In this document: in pieces, positions 21,980 through 32,693 of the stretch
Layout: each line of letters opens with the position of its first letter
Position numbering within the stretch: position 1 is the first letter of the stretch
Assembly (NCBI GenBank): GCA_008690995.1
Contig: VRMN01000002.1
Span: 1,612,001 to 1,676,000, forward strand
Direction: 5' to 3'
From: Porphyridium purpureum
Taxonomy: Eukaryota
Length of the DNA: 64,000 nucleotides
Made by a program: the position numbers and the translations under genes
Notes under the pieces: model-generated
The model's input: the letters and a program-made list of their open reading frames with translations, nothing else
Told to the model about the DNA's origin: nothing
Databases searched by the model: none

Positions 21980-24900
21980 CTACTTCAACTTGTTCCGGTA
22001 GTTCAGCGAGTAGTCCTTGCGCGCTTCCAGGGCCGCATCCTCGGCTCCGCTTCGCGTGGCGCGGCGAGGACGAAGTTCGCCTTCGCTTTGCATTCCATGT
22101 TCCTCTGCGGCAAGAATGCGCTCTTGCCTCGCATTTATGGCGTCCTCAAGTTCATCTCCAAGCTGCTCAATCCGCTCCTTGAGCGCCTTTTCATATGGTC
22201 TGTCGTCAGACAGCCACTTGAGAAGTTGGTCGATGGACTCAGCTCGATCGAACGAATGCCACTTTACCGACTTGACCACAGCCGGGTTCATCGTCTCCCT
22301 CACTATGGGAAGAACCACATAGTCGAGACTATCAGTCGCAACCACAATTTCTGCTGCGCCAGCACGACTTTCCTTGTTTTCCTCACCAGCAGGACCAGAT
22401 GCCTCATCGTCCGAGCCCGTGACGTCGGCCTGTCTGGCGTCCATACCTTTCATGTCTTGGTCTCCTAAAGCACCATTTTCGCGTCGCTCTGCTTGGGATC
22501 CATACCGCAGGCGCGTCTCAGCGAGCTCCTCGATCCTTTTCGGCACCGTCGCTTCAATCTCTTCAACCTCAACTTCTTGCGCCTCCACAAAGATGCATCC
22601 TTCCGCTGGGAAGAAGTAATAATATCGGAAGTGGCGATCATGACCTAGACTGCCCACGCGAAAGTTATTCAGCACTCGCCCAGGATTCATCGCATCGTTG
22701 TCCTGCTCGGACTTGGACTGCTGCTGCAGAGCCTCGAGCTTGGCCCTGAGCGCCATGACTTTCTGTTCAAGTGCGGCTTCTTTTCGAAGGGCTTGTGCAC
22801 GCACTTCCTCCTTCGCCCGTTGCGCCTTTGCTTGCTCTAATGCTTCCCGCCTAGTGAGCTCTTTCGGCGTTGCAGGCGCTTCTGCCTTCGGAAGCTGTTT
22901 GCCGCGCGCCTTCTTCTTGAGATAAGAAAAGTCCTTCTCCTCCTTTTTCTCTTCCTCCGCCCCATCCACGTTTTCGAGCAGACCAAACTCTTCCCGGTGC
23001 GCATCCAACTGCTCTAGCAGAGCCTGAATTTGCTCGCGCAAAAGCCGACGCTGATTGAGAGTCTTATCACGCTTATTTTTCGAACTTTCCGCAACCTGTT
23101 GCATTTCCTTGTCAATGTGATCGTGGACCTTTGATGTGCCTGCACACGCGTCCACAAGCGTTTGAAGAATATGCACGCGCTGCTCGAGGGAAAGCGGTGA
23201 GTAGAAAGAGCCTGCCAAGTTAAAGTCAACGTCATCGTCGTCATCATCTTCGTCATTCAAAACTTCCTTCTCGTCGTCACAGCTGCTGCTCTTACTGTTG
23301 CTCCGCCCCATGCTTCCCGAGACGCCTGCTTCTTGTCGCTCGCGATCTGCCGTACCGCGGGCGTTCCGCTGCACCTTCTTCCCTGAAATGCGAATCGCTA
23401 GGTCTCGCAGTTGCCGCTGCATGTCTGGCTCGCTCTGAGTGCCTGCCTCGTATTCCAAGACCCTGCACAGAAGCTCGCGCTGGGTTTTGTCGTCCCTGCG
23501 TCCTTTCTTGCTCCACACGTCCAAGTCTTCTTGTGCGCGTTTGGCGATGACTGCTGTCGACGCTTCGAGGTCCGCAGCGTGCATCGATTTCAGTGCATCT
23601 TCATCGGTGCCCAGCACTTTAAGAAAAGCGTAGAAGAGCTCATCAAGGAGCGCCGTTGCGTTCGGTTCCGCAAGGGACACTTCGAGTAGGTCCAACCGAA
23701 AAGGCGAAAGACGCAGCACATTCGAAAAACAGTCAGCAAAGTGCCAGATGGTGGTAACAATACCGAACCGTTCGGCGTCCACAACAAATGCGCTCTGTGG
23801 GGACGGGTACGGTACGTCTGGATCCACAATCTTTGGGACCCTTGGCTTCCGATTCAATTTCTTCTTCTTCTTTGGGATCACCAGAGCATCCGCGCATGTC
23901 GCTGATTGCGGCGGGACGATGGCTTGTCGATTATTTGAACCCTTCTCCGTGGCGCCTGCGGTATCACCAATCGATTCGCTAGTTTTTCCAACTGGCGTCT
24001 TCTCGTCCGCAATATCCATATCAGGAGCAGCCGCACCGGCGGGCGGACCTTTTTTGGCTCGCCCTTTCGCTGCAATCGGATCCCCGTTCGCATCTAATTG
24101 CGGGGGCTTCTTCATGCGCGTCTTTGGCGGGATCAGATTTCCATCCGCATCCAATTTGATTCGAGGCGTCGGCGCAACAGGCTTGCCATCCGCATCCAGC
24201 TGCACTCGCACTTTTGACGGAATAGGATTTCCATTCTCATCGAGTTTGACTCGCTTTTTCGGCGGAATAGGATTTCCATCCTCATCGACTGTAACTCGCG
24301 GTTTCGGCAGAATCGGGTTACCATCCGGGTCTAGTTGCGGCGCCTTTTTCACGCGTGGCTTTGGCAGAATCGGGTTTCCTTCTGCATCCAATCTGATTCG
24401 CGCTTTGGAAGGAACAGGATTTCCGTCCGGATCCAACATGACTCGCGATTTCGGCGGAACAGGATTTCCATCTGCATCGAGCTTGAGTCGGGGCTTTCGC
24501 GGAATCGGATTCCCATCTACATCCAGTCTTCTCACACGCGTCTTGGGAAGAATGGGATTTCCATCAGAATCTAGTTTTGGTGCTCGCTTTGCTGCTATAC
24601 CCTTCGAATCCGGCAAGAAAGCTGCGCGATCACCGCCCACCTCTGATTCATTGACCGGAACTGACGTCGCCGACACTGCCAGCCGCTGGCTCATTGCGTC
24701 TGATGACAGGTTCGGCGCCATGCCTGCATCCGCACGACTCAAGAAACCTGTGGATTGCATCACTTGCGGAACCTCGCGCATGTCCCGGGGAAATGGGTAG
24801 TGATGATGCTGGTTACTGAACACTCCTGAACCGCCGTTCATGCCGAGCGGCCCATCATGATAAACGCCCTGCAGTGGTTCGTAGTGCGTTGTCGTCGGAG

Positions 24901-25459
24901 CGTAGCTTGGCGGCTGTGGCGCATCGCGACCTTGCCCGAGATACGGCGGCATATGGGCTGTGTATGCCGGCCTATGCGTTTGCGTCGCGTCCGTCGATGC
25001 CGGATGGGGCCGGAGCGGAGTGCGCGAGCCGTGCCCATTCGTTTCTGCGGACACATACCCGGAAGACATGGAATGCTCCGGAACGGCGTCGACCTCGTCC
25101 ATGCCGGCGGACATTCGAGATCCGCTAGGCACTGGCAAGAAAGGCGCACGATTGCCGGCTCTACGCTGAGCAGGCGACTTTTCAGTGACATCCACATCGG
25201 AATGCGAGGGCACGGCCTCTGACTGCTTCGTAACTTTCTTCTGCTTCCGCTTGGGCATACTGCCACCCTTACTACCCGCTGAAACTCGAGGGCGCTCGAC
25301 CTCTTCCATCTCGAACGGCTTGGTCGCAATGCGTTTCCGCTTCCCTATGGGTGCTGGCGCGGTGTCTATCGGCTCCTGGGCAGCCTGCTGCCCCAATGCA
25401 GGCTTCAAGCGGGCGCCATTTTCATGCGCCGGTATGGGCGCACCCGTTCGTTCATCCAT
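21980..25459 (-). CDS. DDT-WHIM-WSD chromatin protein (ISWI-partner-like) with an N-terminal repeat array
   Basis: DDT (IWHFADCFSNVLRLSPFRLDLLE), WHIM1 (FYSPLSLEQRVHILQTLVD), WSD/WHIM2 (RVGSLGHDRHFRYYYFF) and WHIM3 (WHSFD..IDQLLKWL..EKALKERI). Confidence 0.85.
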   Translation of the reverse strand: MDERTGAPIPAHENGARLKPALGQQAAQEPIDTAPAPIGKRKRIATKPFEMEEVERPRVSAGSKGGSMPKRKQKKVTKQSEAVPSHSDVDVTEKSPAQRRAGNRAPFLPVPSGSRMSAGMDEVDAVPEHSMSSGYVSAETNGHGSRTPLRPHPASTDATQTHRPAYTAHMPPYLGQGRDAPQPPSYAPTTTHYEPLQGVYHDGPLGMNGGSGVFSNQHHHYPFPRDMREVPQVMQSTGFLSRADAGMAPNLSSDAMSQRLAVSATSVPVNESEVGGDRAAFLPDSKGIAAKRAPKLDSDGNPILPKTRVRRLDVDGNPIPRKPRLKLDADGNPVPPKSRVMLDPDGNPVPSKARIRLDAEGNPILPKPRVKKAPQLDPDGNPILPKPRVTVDEDGNPIPPKKRVKLDENGNPIPSKVRVQLDADGKPVAPTPRIKLDADGNLIPPKTRMKKPPQLDANGDPIAAKGRAKKGPPAGAAAPDMDIADEKTPVGKTSESIGDTAGATEKGSNNRQAIVPPQSATCADALVIPKKKKKLNRKPRVPKIVDPDVPYPSPQSAFVVDAERFGIVTTIWHFADCFSNVLRLSPFRLDLLEVSLAEPNATALLDELFYAFLKVLGTDEDALKSMHAADLEASTAVIAKRAQEDLDVWSKKGRRDDKTQRELLCRVLEYEAGTQSEPDMQRQLRDLAIRISGKKVQRNARGTADRERQEAGVSGSMGRSNSKSSSCDDEKEVLNDEDDDDDDVDFNLAGSFYSPLSLEQRVHILQTLVDACAGTSKVHDHIDKEMQQVAESSKNKRDKTLNQRRLLREQIQALLEQLDAHREEFGLLENVDGAEEEKKEEKDFSYLKKKARGKQLPKAEAPATPKELTRREALEQAKAQRAKEEVRAQALRKEAALEQKVMALRAKLEALQQQSKSEQDNDAMNPGRVLNNFRVGSLGHDRHFRYYYFFPAEGCIFVEAQEVEVEEIEATVPKRIEELAETRLRYGSQAERRENGALGDQDMKGMDARQADVTGSDDEASGPAGEENKESRAGAAEIVVATDSLDYVVLPIVRETMNPAVVKSVKWHSFDRAESIDQLLKWLSDDRPYEKALKERIEQLGDELEDAINARQERILAAEEHGMQSEGELRPRRATRSGAEDAALEARKDYSLNYRNKLK
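24060..24574 (-). repeat. 11 degenerate ~15-aa coding repeats, LDxDGNP(I/V)xPKxR(V/I)
   Basis: Counted in the translation. The repeats are DNA-diverged but protein-conserved. Confidence 0.9.
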
Positions 25460-26533
25460 TTAGGTCTTCTGCGCCAGTCGGTTCCGCAGACACTCAGATC
25501 GCGCTCTCTTCAAACGTTTGGTATCCAGCTAACCACTTCCGTTTCCCCGAGGCTCACCAGCATGCCCAAGTGCTCCTCCCTCACACATCCACGTCTTTTT
25601 CGCGCGCCGCACTCTCACGTGCGTCCCTCGCTCCTTTCCCCGCAAGTTTGTTCTCGGCCAATCCACCAAACTTCCTCTAACCCACACACACACACTCACG
25701 CACGCACGGACGGACGCACTCTCACACACACTCACCGTTCCGCGTCTCCCCGGCACCCCAGCACCTTTCACGCGCGCCACACGCCCGCGCCGCTCCTACG
25801 CCGCACCTTCCGCTCGTCTCCCACCCCACCTCCGCTCACGTCTCGTCCGCGAGCGCGAAACTGCGTGCGCTTGCGCGCCACCTGTGCAGCACGTGGCTGC
25901 GCCTCTCTGCCGCTTTGGCCCGTCGCAGCACGAGCCTTGCGCGTGCGTGGGCGCGGCAGCTGCGCATGCACGCAGTACACGTGCGGCGATCCACAGCCGC
26001 AGCAGCAGCAGCAGCGCGCGACAATCCGAGGCGCGCGCGCGTACGTCTGTCGAGCCGCTTTCGTCAGTCACAGCTCCACGCGACGTGCGCCTCGGGCCTC
26101 ATCGCATGCATCATGGCGGCGCCGTGCGTAAAATCAAAAACACGAACGGCGCAAAACCCAAAACGACGCGGCGTTCTCGCGCGGGCCGCAATGCAACAAA
26201 ACGTTCCAACCCGACCCAGCGCGCGCGGGGCAAAACCAAAAAAACCAGAAAAACGAAAAAACGCCCACAAAAAAAAAAGGACAGAACCCTAGAAGTACAG
26301 TATGCCTCCATAGGGGTACAGCCAGAATCGTCAATCGCTGCAACTTTGACGTTGGGGTGAGCTGGAGAATAAGCAGAACGCGGGTGGAGTACAGTGGGCT
26401 GTACGTGGGCGTGAAGTTGGTGCAGAGTGGCAAGGGAGAAGGGAGAAGGGAGAGCCGGGAGGATGGTGGATCGTGGTGTTGTTGGTGTTCTTGGTGCGGG
26501 TGAGGGAGTGAGGGAGGGGTTGGAGGGGGAAAG

Positions 26534-26938
26534 ATGGACGTGCTTCGGAATATGCAGGTGCAGATGGAGGAGCTGATGAATGAGCTGAACGCCATTCAGA
26601 AGGAGATGGGGAAGGAGATGAACGCGGTGCAGAATCTGCAGGCGCAGCTGACCGAGAACCAGCTGGTCAAGAGTGAGCTGGACTTGCTCGCCGCGGACAC
26701 GAACGTGTTCAAGCTCGTGGGGCCGATCCTCGTCAAGCAGGACTGCGTCGAGGCGCAGAGCAACGTCAACAAGCGGATCGAGTTCATTGAGGCCGAGATG
26801 CAAAAGGCAACGGACAAGCTGCAGAGGCTCGAGAAGACGCAGGGGGAGAAGCGAGTCAAGGTCAGCGATCTGCAGAAAAACATGCAGCGAATCGCCATGA
26901 GCATGCAGCAGGCCGCTGGCGCCGCCTCAGCATCATAA
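26534..26938 (+). CDS. PFDN6: Prefoldin subunit 6 (beta type)
   Basis: QLTENQLVKSELDLL..VFKLVGPILVKQD..AQSNVNKRIEFIEAE. Confidence 0.93.
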   Translation: MDVLRNMQVQMEELMNELNAIQKEMGKEMNAVQNLQAQLTENQLVKSELDLLAADTNVFKLVGPILVKQDCVEAQSNVNKRIEFIEAEMQKATDKLQRLEKTQGEKRVKVSDLQKNMQRIAMSMQQAAGAASAS

Positions 26939-26996
26939 AACCTTCTGCTTCGCGGTTCAAGCGTGATTTTTTACTGGTCGCTTACATACACCGCAC

Positions 26997-28625
26997 TCAT
27001 TGCTGGTTCGCCCGTTCACTTCGACTCACGTGAAAACTGGGAAGCCGAAAGCTCGGATTAAACATGGTGTTCCCGGGGAACGCACTCAACGAAGGAAGCA
27101 GGCTCCCGGACGGCACAGAATGCAGTTCGGGTTGGTCGTCCGCACCGCCAGGAGCATCTTTGGTCACGGCAGAACTCGGCGGGTTCTCGTCCTCGGCAGC
27201 AGGCGCTGCGCGCGCGCTCTTCCTAGATCTTGTCACCCGCTTCGCAGCATGACCACCTCTTTCACTCTCGGGCTCAGGCAGCTCGGCTGGCGGACGCTTG
27301 CCCGGTGTGCTTGCAGCAGCTGTCTCGCTCGCTTTCATGCTCACGTTCCTACTTGCGGCCATGTTCCGATTCATAATGCTAAATATGTTATCCATCGTGT
27401 TTCTCTTTTCCAAGCTATCCTGTCCAGTCGAGGCTGAAGGCCTGGGTGATCCACCGGACCCGGCGGTCGCCGCCTGCCACAGTCCCGTCATGCTGGGCGA
27501 AGGCTCCAAATCAGACATGTTGGACGAGCTTCGAGCCATGTTCCGCACTTCCGTGGGTAGCCGAATTAAAGTATCTGAATCGTCCTGTTCCAGCGAATGT
27601 TTCTGGTCGTCGGTACCGAGAAACAACAAAGCCGAGGCGTGGTGCTTCTTGGAGTCCGTCGGCGGCCGCGCACCGGTCATTCCATTTGAGACACTTCCCA
27701 TCGCCGCGCCGGTCGCTATAGATGATGCCAACTCATCTCCGTCGGTCGCCAGCAAAGTGCCAGACTTGCTGCCGCGCTTGGCGTGCATCTTGACATGTGA
27801 GCTCAAGCAACTCTTCCATTTGAACGTCTTGCCGCAATCCGCGTCGGGGCATTTATACGGCTGCTCACCCGTGTGCATGCGCATGTGCGCCTTGAGATTA
27901 TTGCGTCTAGAAAATACCTTGGCACAGCCCGGTTCTGTGCAACGGTACTGGCGCGAGCCGTCGGACGCCACAATGAGCTCTGCATCCTCCTCTCCCGCGG
28001 TCTCTGCGCGGGCTTGCGCACTCAGACCTCCCTGACGCCGCATTCCTGCTCCTTGTGCGTCCGCACCGTCAGCTCCATTACCTCCCATCCCCGCTGTAGA
28101 GCCCGCGGCGCCAAAGGACAATGTCTGGAATAAGTCTGGCTGTGTTCTCTTGATCTGCTGAAACCACAACTCCAACCACGGCACACTGTCCGAGCCGTTC
28201 GCACTTGACGCGAGCTCCTGCTGCACTTTTGATGCCGCAGATGTGATGGCCGCCTCTGCATCTTGCAGGCGGGCGGAATTCGAAGCCACCGCGTCCCACC
28301 CAAGAACGCCGGTCTGCTGCAAATGGCGGACCGACAAGAGCTTCGCGATGTCATCCGACGACATGCGCTGAAACTCCACATTGCTCAACGAGCGAAAGAA
28401 GCTCGGCGCCGTTTCCATCATGGTCGGAAACCGCTGGTTCCCGAACGAGGGCTGCCGCTGGGGCGCCGTCTCCGCCACCGCCCCACCAGACACTTCGCGC
28501 AGCAGCATGGACGCGCGCGGCAGCATCCCGAGCCCCGGCGGCTCCTCGCTATTCACTCCCGGCTCCATTCCCGCCTCTCCCTTTGCTACCTCTGCGCGCC
28601 ACCCGGCCCTTCCGTCCGAATCCAT
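26997..28625 (-). CDS. C2H2 zinc-finger transcription factor (two fingers)
   Basis: YRCTEPGCAKVFSRRNNLKAHMRMH-TGEQP-YKCPDADCGKTFKWKSCLSSHVKMH. The start is uncertain (ATG at 28625 or 28655). Confidence 0.88.
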   Translation of the reverse strand: MDSDGRAGWRAEVAKGEAGMEPGVNSEEPPGLGMLPRASMLLREVSGGAVAETAPQRQPSFGNQRFPTMMETAPSFFRSLSNVEFQRMSSDDIAKLLSVRHLQQTGVLGWDAVASNSARLQDAEAAITSAASKVQQELASSANGSDSVPWLELWFQQIKRTQPDLFQTLSFGAAGSTAGMGGNGADGADAQGAGMRRQGGLSAQARAETAGEEDAELIVASDGSRQYRCTEPGCAKVFSRRNNLKAHMRMHTGEQPYKCPDADCGKTFKWKSCLSSHVKMHAKRGSKSGTLLATDGDELASSIATGAAMGSVSNGMTGARPPTDSKKHHASALLFLGTDDQKHSLEQDDSDTLIRLPTEVRNMARSSSNMSDLEPSPSMTGLWQAATAGSGGSPRPSASTGQDSLEKRNTMDNIFSIMNRNMAASRNVSMKASETAAASTPGKRPPAELPEPESERGGHAAKRVTRSRKSARAAPAAEDENPPSSAVTKDAPGGADDQPELHSVPSGSLLPSLSAFPGNTMFNPSFRLPSFHVSRSERANQQ

Positions 28626-29384
28626 CGCTCTGTCTTTCTTCTCTCTCTCCCACATCACCTTTCCCCTACTCCCTCTCACTCCCACAATCCCAACCTCCCC
28701 CGGTACGCCTCCTCTTTTCCGATTCCTGACTTTCCCCCTCACCAGCGCGCGCTTTCACGTCATGCCATTTATTACGACTGACACCAAACCCACTTGAGAA
28801 TATTAACTATAAAAAAAAACACGCTTGGCCCGCTTGAAATCATAAAAACGCGCGCAGCGCCACCTTCCTTGGTTGGGGTTGCGGGTTTTCCTTTTATGCG
28901 CGTTGGTGGGGACGTGGTGACGCTCGTTCACTTTCTCATCAAACGCCCTCGTGGTATCATGCACCATGTTCCCAAATCGCGCGTGTGCGCGCTACATGTA
29001 AGCGCTGTGCCGCTTTGTGCTTGCGTAGCGGTTTGCACAAAAGTACAGTGACCTTCATTGCGTTGAACCAGTGCGCTGTAAGTTGCGCAGGTGTTCAGTT
29101 TCTGCAGAGTACAGCAGATCCACAAACAATAAACCCTCAATCTAACCATAAAACATGGTTGGTGGGCAAACAGAAACCCCGAATCTAACTAATCCTAATG
29201 GCTCGTTTCGAACGCGTCTGCGGTTGCGCGCAGCGATTGGGTGGCGTTGGGAGGCAGGGAGTCGAGTCGCGCAGGTCGAGGTGACATGTGTGAGTGGACT
29301 CCTTCCACATGAGCGTTGTGAGTTCAGAACCAGGCCGACCATCACCGGGCTGCTCTGGGCGCGCGCTCGCATTGTGCCTGCCTG

Positions 29385-30350
29385 ATGGCGTCGAATAGCG
29401 CCAGCGGGCACATCTCGCTGTGGCAACATTTCGTGCTCGGCGGCACCGCAGCAGGCATTTCCACAATCTTCACCAACCCGATTGACGTGGTCAAGGTGCG
29501 CTTGCAAATGCAGCGGAATCAGTGTGGGCATGTGGCTGTGAAACAGCAGCCGGTGTCGAACGCGAAGATGGGCATGTGGCGCACTGCGGTGAGTATGGTG
29601 CGGGAAGAAGGCATGCTTTCGTTGTGGGCAGGGATGGGCCCGGCTTTGTATCGCACAGCAACCTACTCGGCCACACGTATAGGCCTGTACAATCCGATTC
29701 GTGACGCTCTAATGGTGCAATGGAGTTCGACGGATTCCAAAGAAAGCCCAGAGAGCGCAGCTCAGGCGGGCGCGCACGGGTTTGCAATTAAATGTGCGAG
29801 TGGAATATTGTCCGGGGCGATTGGTGCGCTCTGCGGAAACCCATTCGAGCTGGTAAAGGTTCGCATGCAAGCTGGCATGCAAAGCGGTTTTGTCTACCGT
29901 TCAACGTTCCATGCGCTCGCGTCCATCCGTGCGGAGGACGGGGTGCGCGGATTTTACAAGGGTGTAGGTCCCGCGATAGTGCGCGCATCATTGCTGACCG
30001 CTTCGCAGTTGGCCTCGTACGATGAAGCGAAAACGATCGCATCACGTATGCTTGGCCTTGATCGCTCCTCACTTCAAGTTAATTTCACAGCCGCCATGCT
30101 TGCAGGGATAGCGACGACGGCCGTCACGAGCCCGGCCGATGTGGTCAAGACGCGTATGATGAACGCTCGAGGCTTAGAACAACAGTACAGGTCCTCCTGG
30201 GATTGTATATCGCGCATTACAGCACAGGAAGGCCCTGCTGTGCTGTTTAAGGGCTTTGTGCCCAGCTATGTGCGACTAGGCCCACAGACTGTGATTTCGC
30301 TCTTGGTCTACGACCAGCTACGCACGCTTCTCGGCTGGAGCCAACTGTAA
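29385..30350 (+). CDS. Mitochondrial carrier (UCP/dicarboxylate-oxoglutarate-like)
   Basis: Three PX(D/E)XXKXR motifs (PIDVVKVR, PFELVKVR, PADVVKTR), plus RTATYSATRIGLY and ASQLASYD. Confidence 0.93.
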   Translation: MASNSASGHISLWQHFVLGGTAAGISTIFTNPIDVVKVRLQMQRNQCGHVAVKQQPVSNAKMGMWRTAVSMVREEGMLSLWAGMGPALYRTATYSATRIGLYNPIRDALMVQWSSTDSKESPESAAQAGAHGFAIKCASGILSGAIGALCGNPFELVKVRMQAGMQSGFVYRSTFHALASIRAEDGVRGFYKGVGPAIVRASLLTASQLASYDEAKTIASRMLGLDRSSLQVNFTAAMLAGIATTAVTSPADVVKTRMMNARGLEQQYRSSWDCISRITAQEGPAVLFKGFVPSYVRLGPQTVISLLVYDQLRTLLGWSQL

Positions 30351-30923
30351 CCACTGAATCAGTGAAGCACTGACTTTTTGCTTTTGTATTTATGAATGTT
30401 AGGATGTGAGTCCCCTACGAGCAAGCATTGTTGTGGATCGACGCATTTGCCCGTTTACCTTTTACGTTCTGCTGTCGTTTCTTTCCTCGAAACATGGCAT
30501 CTCAGCGTCGCCATTACCGCGATCAGACTGATCACTAGGATGAACACCCTCCACACATTGGCCATGGAGCGTTGCGAGCGGAAGTTCTTCGTTCGACTGA
30601 GAGTGAAACTTTGATATTCCCGGGTGATTTTATTCGCGACATACGTCCACCGGATCCATGCATAAACCCTCTTTGCGTCGGATAGGCCTTTGCTTGATCC
30701 CGGAGCAATGCAATGTGACCATAAGTGGATGGCGGGCGCTTCTAGTCGAGCTCATGTACAATCGCTGCTCTGAACGCAAAACTTTTGACTACGAAGAAAG
30801 ATCCATGCGGTAGAGAGGGTGGCATTGATACGATAAAAAGAGTACAAACGCACTAACTGGCTTCCGAGAAGCCGCGGCATCAGTAGACTGACAATGTTCT
30901 GCAATCACACCACCCTCATTTCG

Positions 30924-32693
30924 TCACACTAACGACTCGTTCTCCTCAACCACATCTGTCAGCACCACATCATGCATGGTTCGCTCCAAACTGTACAAAG
31001 CGTCATGTCCTTCTTCCCGTACAAAATATTTGTGCAAGAAGGGATGCCGTAAACACTCCGCCGCCGTGGCCCGCTTTGAGGGCTCATAAACGAGCATAAT
31101 TTGCAAAAAGGATGCAAATGAGTCGGCGTCTTCCGGCTTGAATAGATATTTCTCCCTCAGAACGTCGCGCAGGCTCCAAAAGTTCAGTCGGTGGATATGT
31201 CTCAGCTCCGCGGTCGATGTATATAATTCCGACGACTGCGTGCCGGAAAGGCAGAACCTGCGCGGCATCGGCCCCAAGAGCTCCATCATCAGCGCCAAGT
31301 GGTCCTCGTCGCGATGATAGTCTTTGCCCGAATGCGGGTCGAAAAGAAAGTCGCCAGTCGCCACCTCGAACAAAAGGCACGCGACGCTCCAGACGTCCGC
31401 GGAGTAGTCGTACCCAGCACCGATGATTACCTCTGGACTCCTGTACTGCCGCGTTTGGATATCGTCGGTGAAGTGGCGGTCCGCCCAGCACGCGTTCCCA
31501 AAGTCAACGATTTTCACGCGACCCTTGCGGAACATGGCGTCTGTGTTCATGTACGCGTTGAACCGTAATTTCACCTGATCCAACACGTTCTTGTGGTAAA
31601 ACTCAGAGTACACAAAACCTTCGTCCTCATCGTCGCTGTCTGCGTACGAGCCTTCGAAAGAAGCGAAATCGCTTGACAAACGTTGCCGTGGGGTCACAGT
31701 GAGCAAAGTGCCTGGTGTTTCGTGCGCATGGTGCGGATCCGATCCTTCCACATCACTCCCCAGATGGTGTGATCGGCTCCAGCCGGCGCTTACTTTCTTG
31801 GACACCACATTCTCTCGAGAACCCTTTGTGGCTCCTTTCGATCCGGATAAACTACCAGAAGCGGTGGAGACTGTGGCGGCCGCAGATGAAACCTTGGAAC
31901 TTCGATATGCGTTGACTTCTCCACCCACGTTGTTGCTTATTGATGAATTGGTGTTCAAGTCTGCCGCACCGGCTTCACTGCTCCTTCGGCTGCTGCGTTG
32001 CGATCTTCTTCTATTATGATGCTCTTCGCGCGCGTGCTCTAACTTTCTGAGCGCAGCACAAGCCGCGGCTGCCTCCCTCACCATCCGGTGGTAATCTTCG
32101 TCGGTCGGAATGAAAAGAATATTCTCCGGCTTCAGGTCTGTATGAATAATTTGACACCGGTCGTGAATAAATTGAAGCCCTTCTAACACATGGCCCGCTA
32201 TGATTTTTGTCAGCTCGAGTGAGACACCACTGTAGTTTGAGCGCCGAATCAGCGAAAGCAGGCTCTTGCCCAAAACCTCAAACACGAGGCACACGTGAGT
32301 GCCATTCGGTCCGGACACTGTGAAATGGTCTAAACACCGTACCACGTGGGCCTTCCCCTCCGGATCCTTGGCCTTTAGCTCATCGAGGAGCCGGATTTCG
32401 TCGTACGCTGCTTCGGCATAGTGCTCGGCCGACTTTTGAACTTTCGCCGCGACATGCCGATTTTCTTGAATGTCAAAGCACATCCACACCGTCGAGAAAT
32501 GACCCCAGCCTAGCTTTTGAAGCACCACGTACCGCCCGTCCTTGAACGTCTCGCCTACTCTCACTGGGTGGTACCCACCCGCGCGGTAGTCTTCTGGATC
32601 CTCGGATTCTGATTCCTCCACCTCCGAGTTGCCGTACGGCACTTCCCGTGCCGGCGGTAATGAGTACGAAGAAGCCGCATGATGGCCACTCAT
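30924..32693 (-). CDS. SRPK: SR protein kinase
   Basis: EDYRAGGYHPV, KLGWGHFSTVW, IIHTDLKPEN, spacer insert, DFGNACW, DIQTRQYRSPE and RDEDHLALMMELLG. Confidence 0.95.
   Translation of the reverse strand: MSGHHAASSYSLPPAREVPYGNSEVEESESEDPEDYRAGGYHPVRVGETFKDGRYVVLQKLGWGHFSTVWMCFDIQENRHVAAKVQKSAEHYAEAAYDEIRLLDELKAKDPEGKAHVVRCLDHFTVSGPNGTHVCLVFEVLGKSLLSLIRRSNYSGVSLELTKIIAGHVLEGLQFIHDRCQIIHTDLKPENILFIPTDEDYHRMVREAAAACAALRKLEHAREEHHNRRRSQRSSRRSSEAGAADLNTNSSISNNVGGEVNAYRSSKVSSAAATVSTASGSLSGSKGATKGSRENVVSKKVSAGWSRSHHLGSDVEGSDPHHAHETPGTLLTVTPRQRLSSDFASFEGSYADSDDEDEGFVYSEFYHKNVLDQVKLRFNAYMNTDAMFRKGRVKIVDFGNACWADRHFTDDIQTRQYRSPEVIIGAGYDYSADVWSVACLLFEVATGDFLFDPHSGKDYHRDEDHLALMMELLGPMPRRFCLSGTQSSELYTSTAELRHIHRLNFWSLRDVLREKYLFKPEDADSFASFLQIMLVYEPSKRATAAECLRHPFLHKYFVREEGHDALYSLERTMHDVVLTDVVEENESLV

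Noticed and set aside
30350..30924. Possible snoRNA/ncRNA in the convergent gap
   Set aside because: Only partial C/D-like words and no terminal stem or rRNA complementarity that I can verify.
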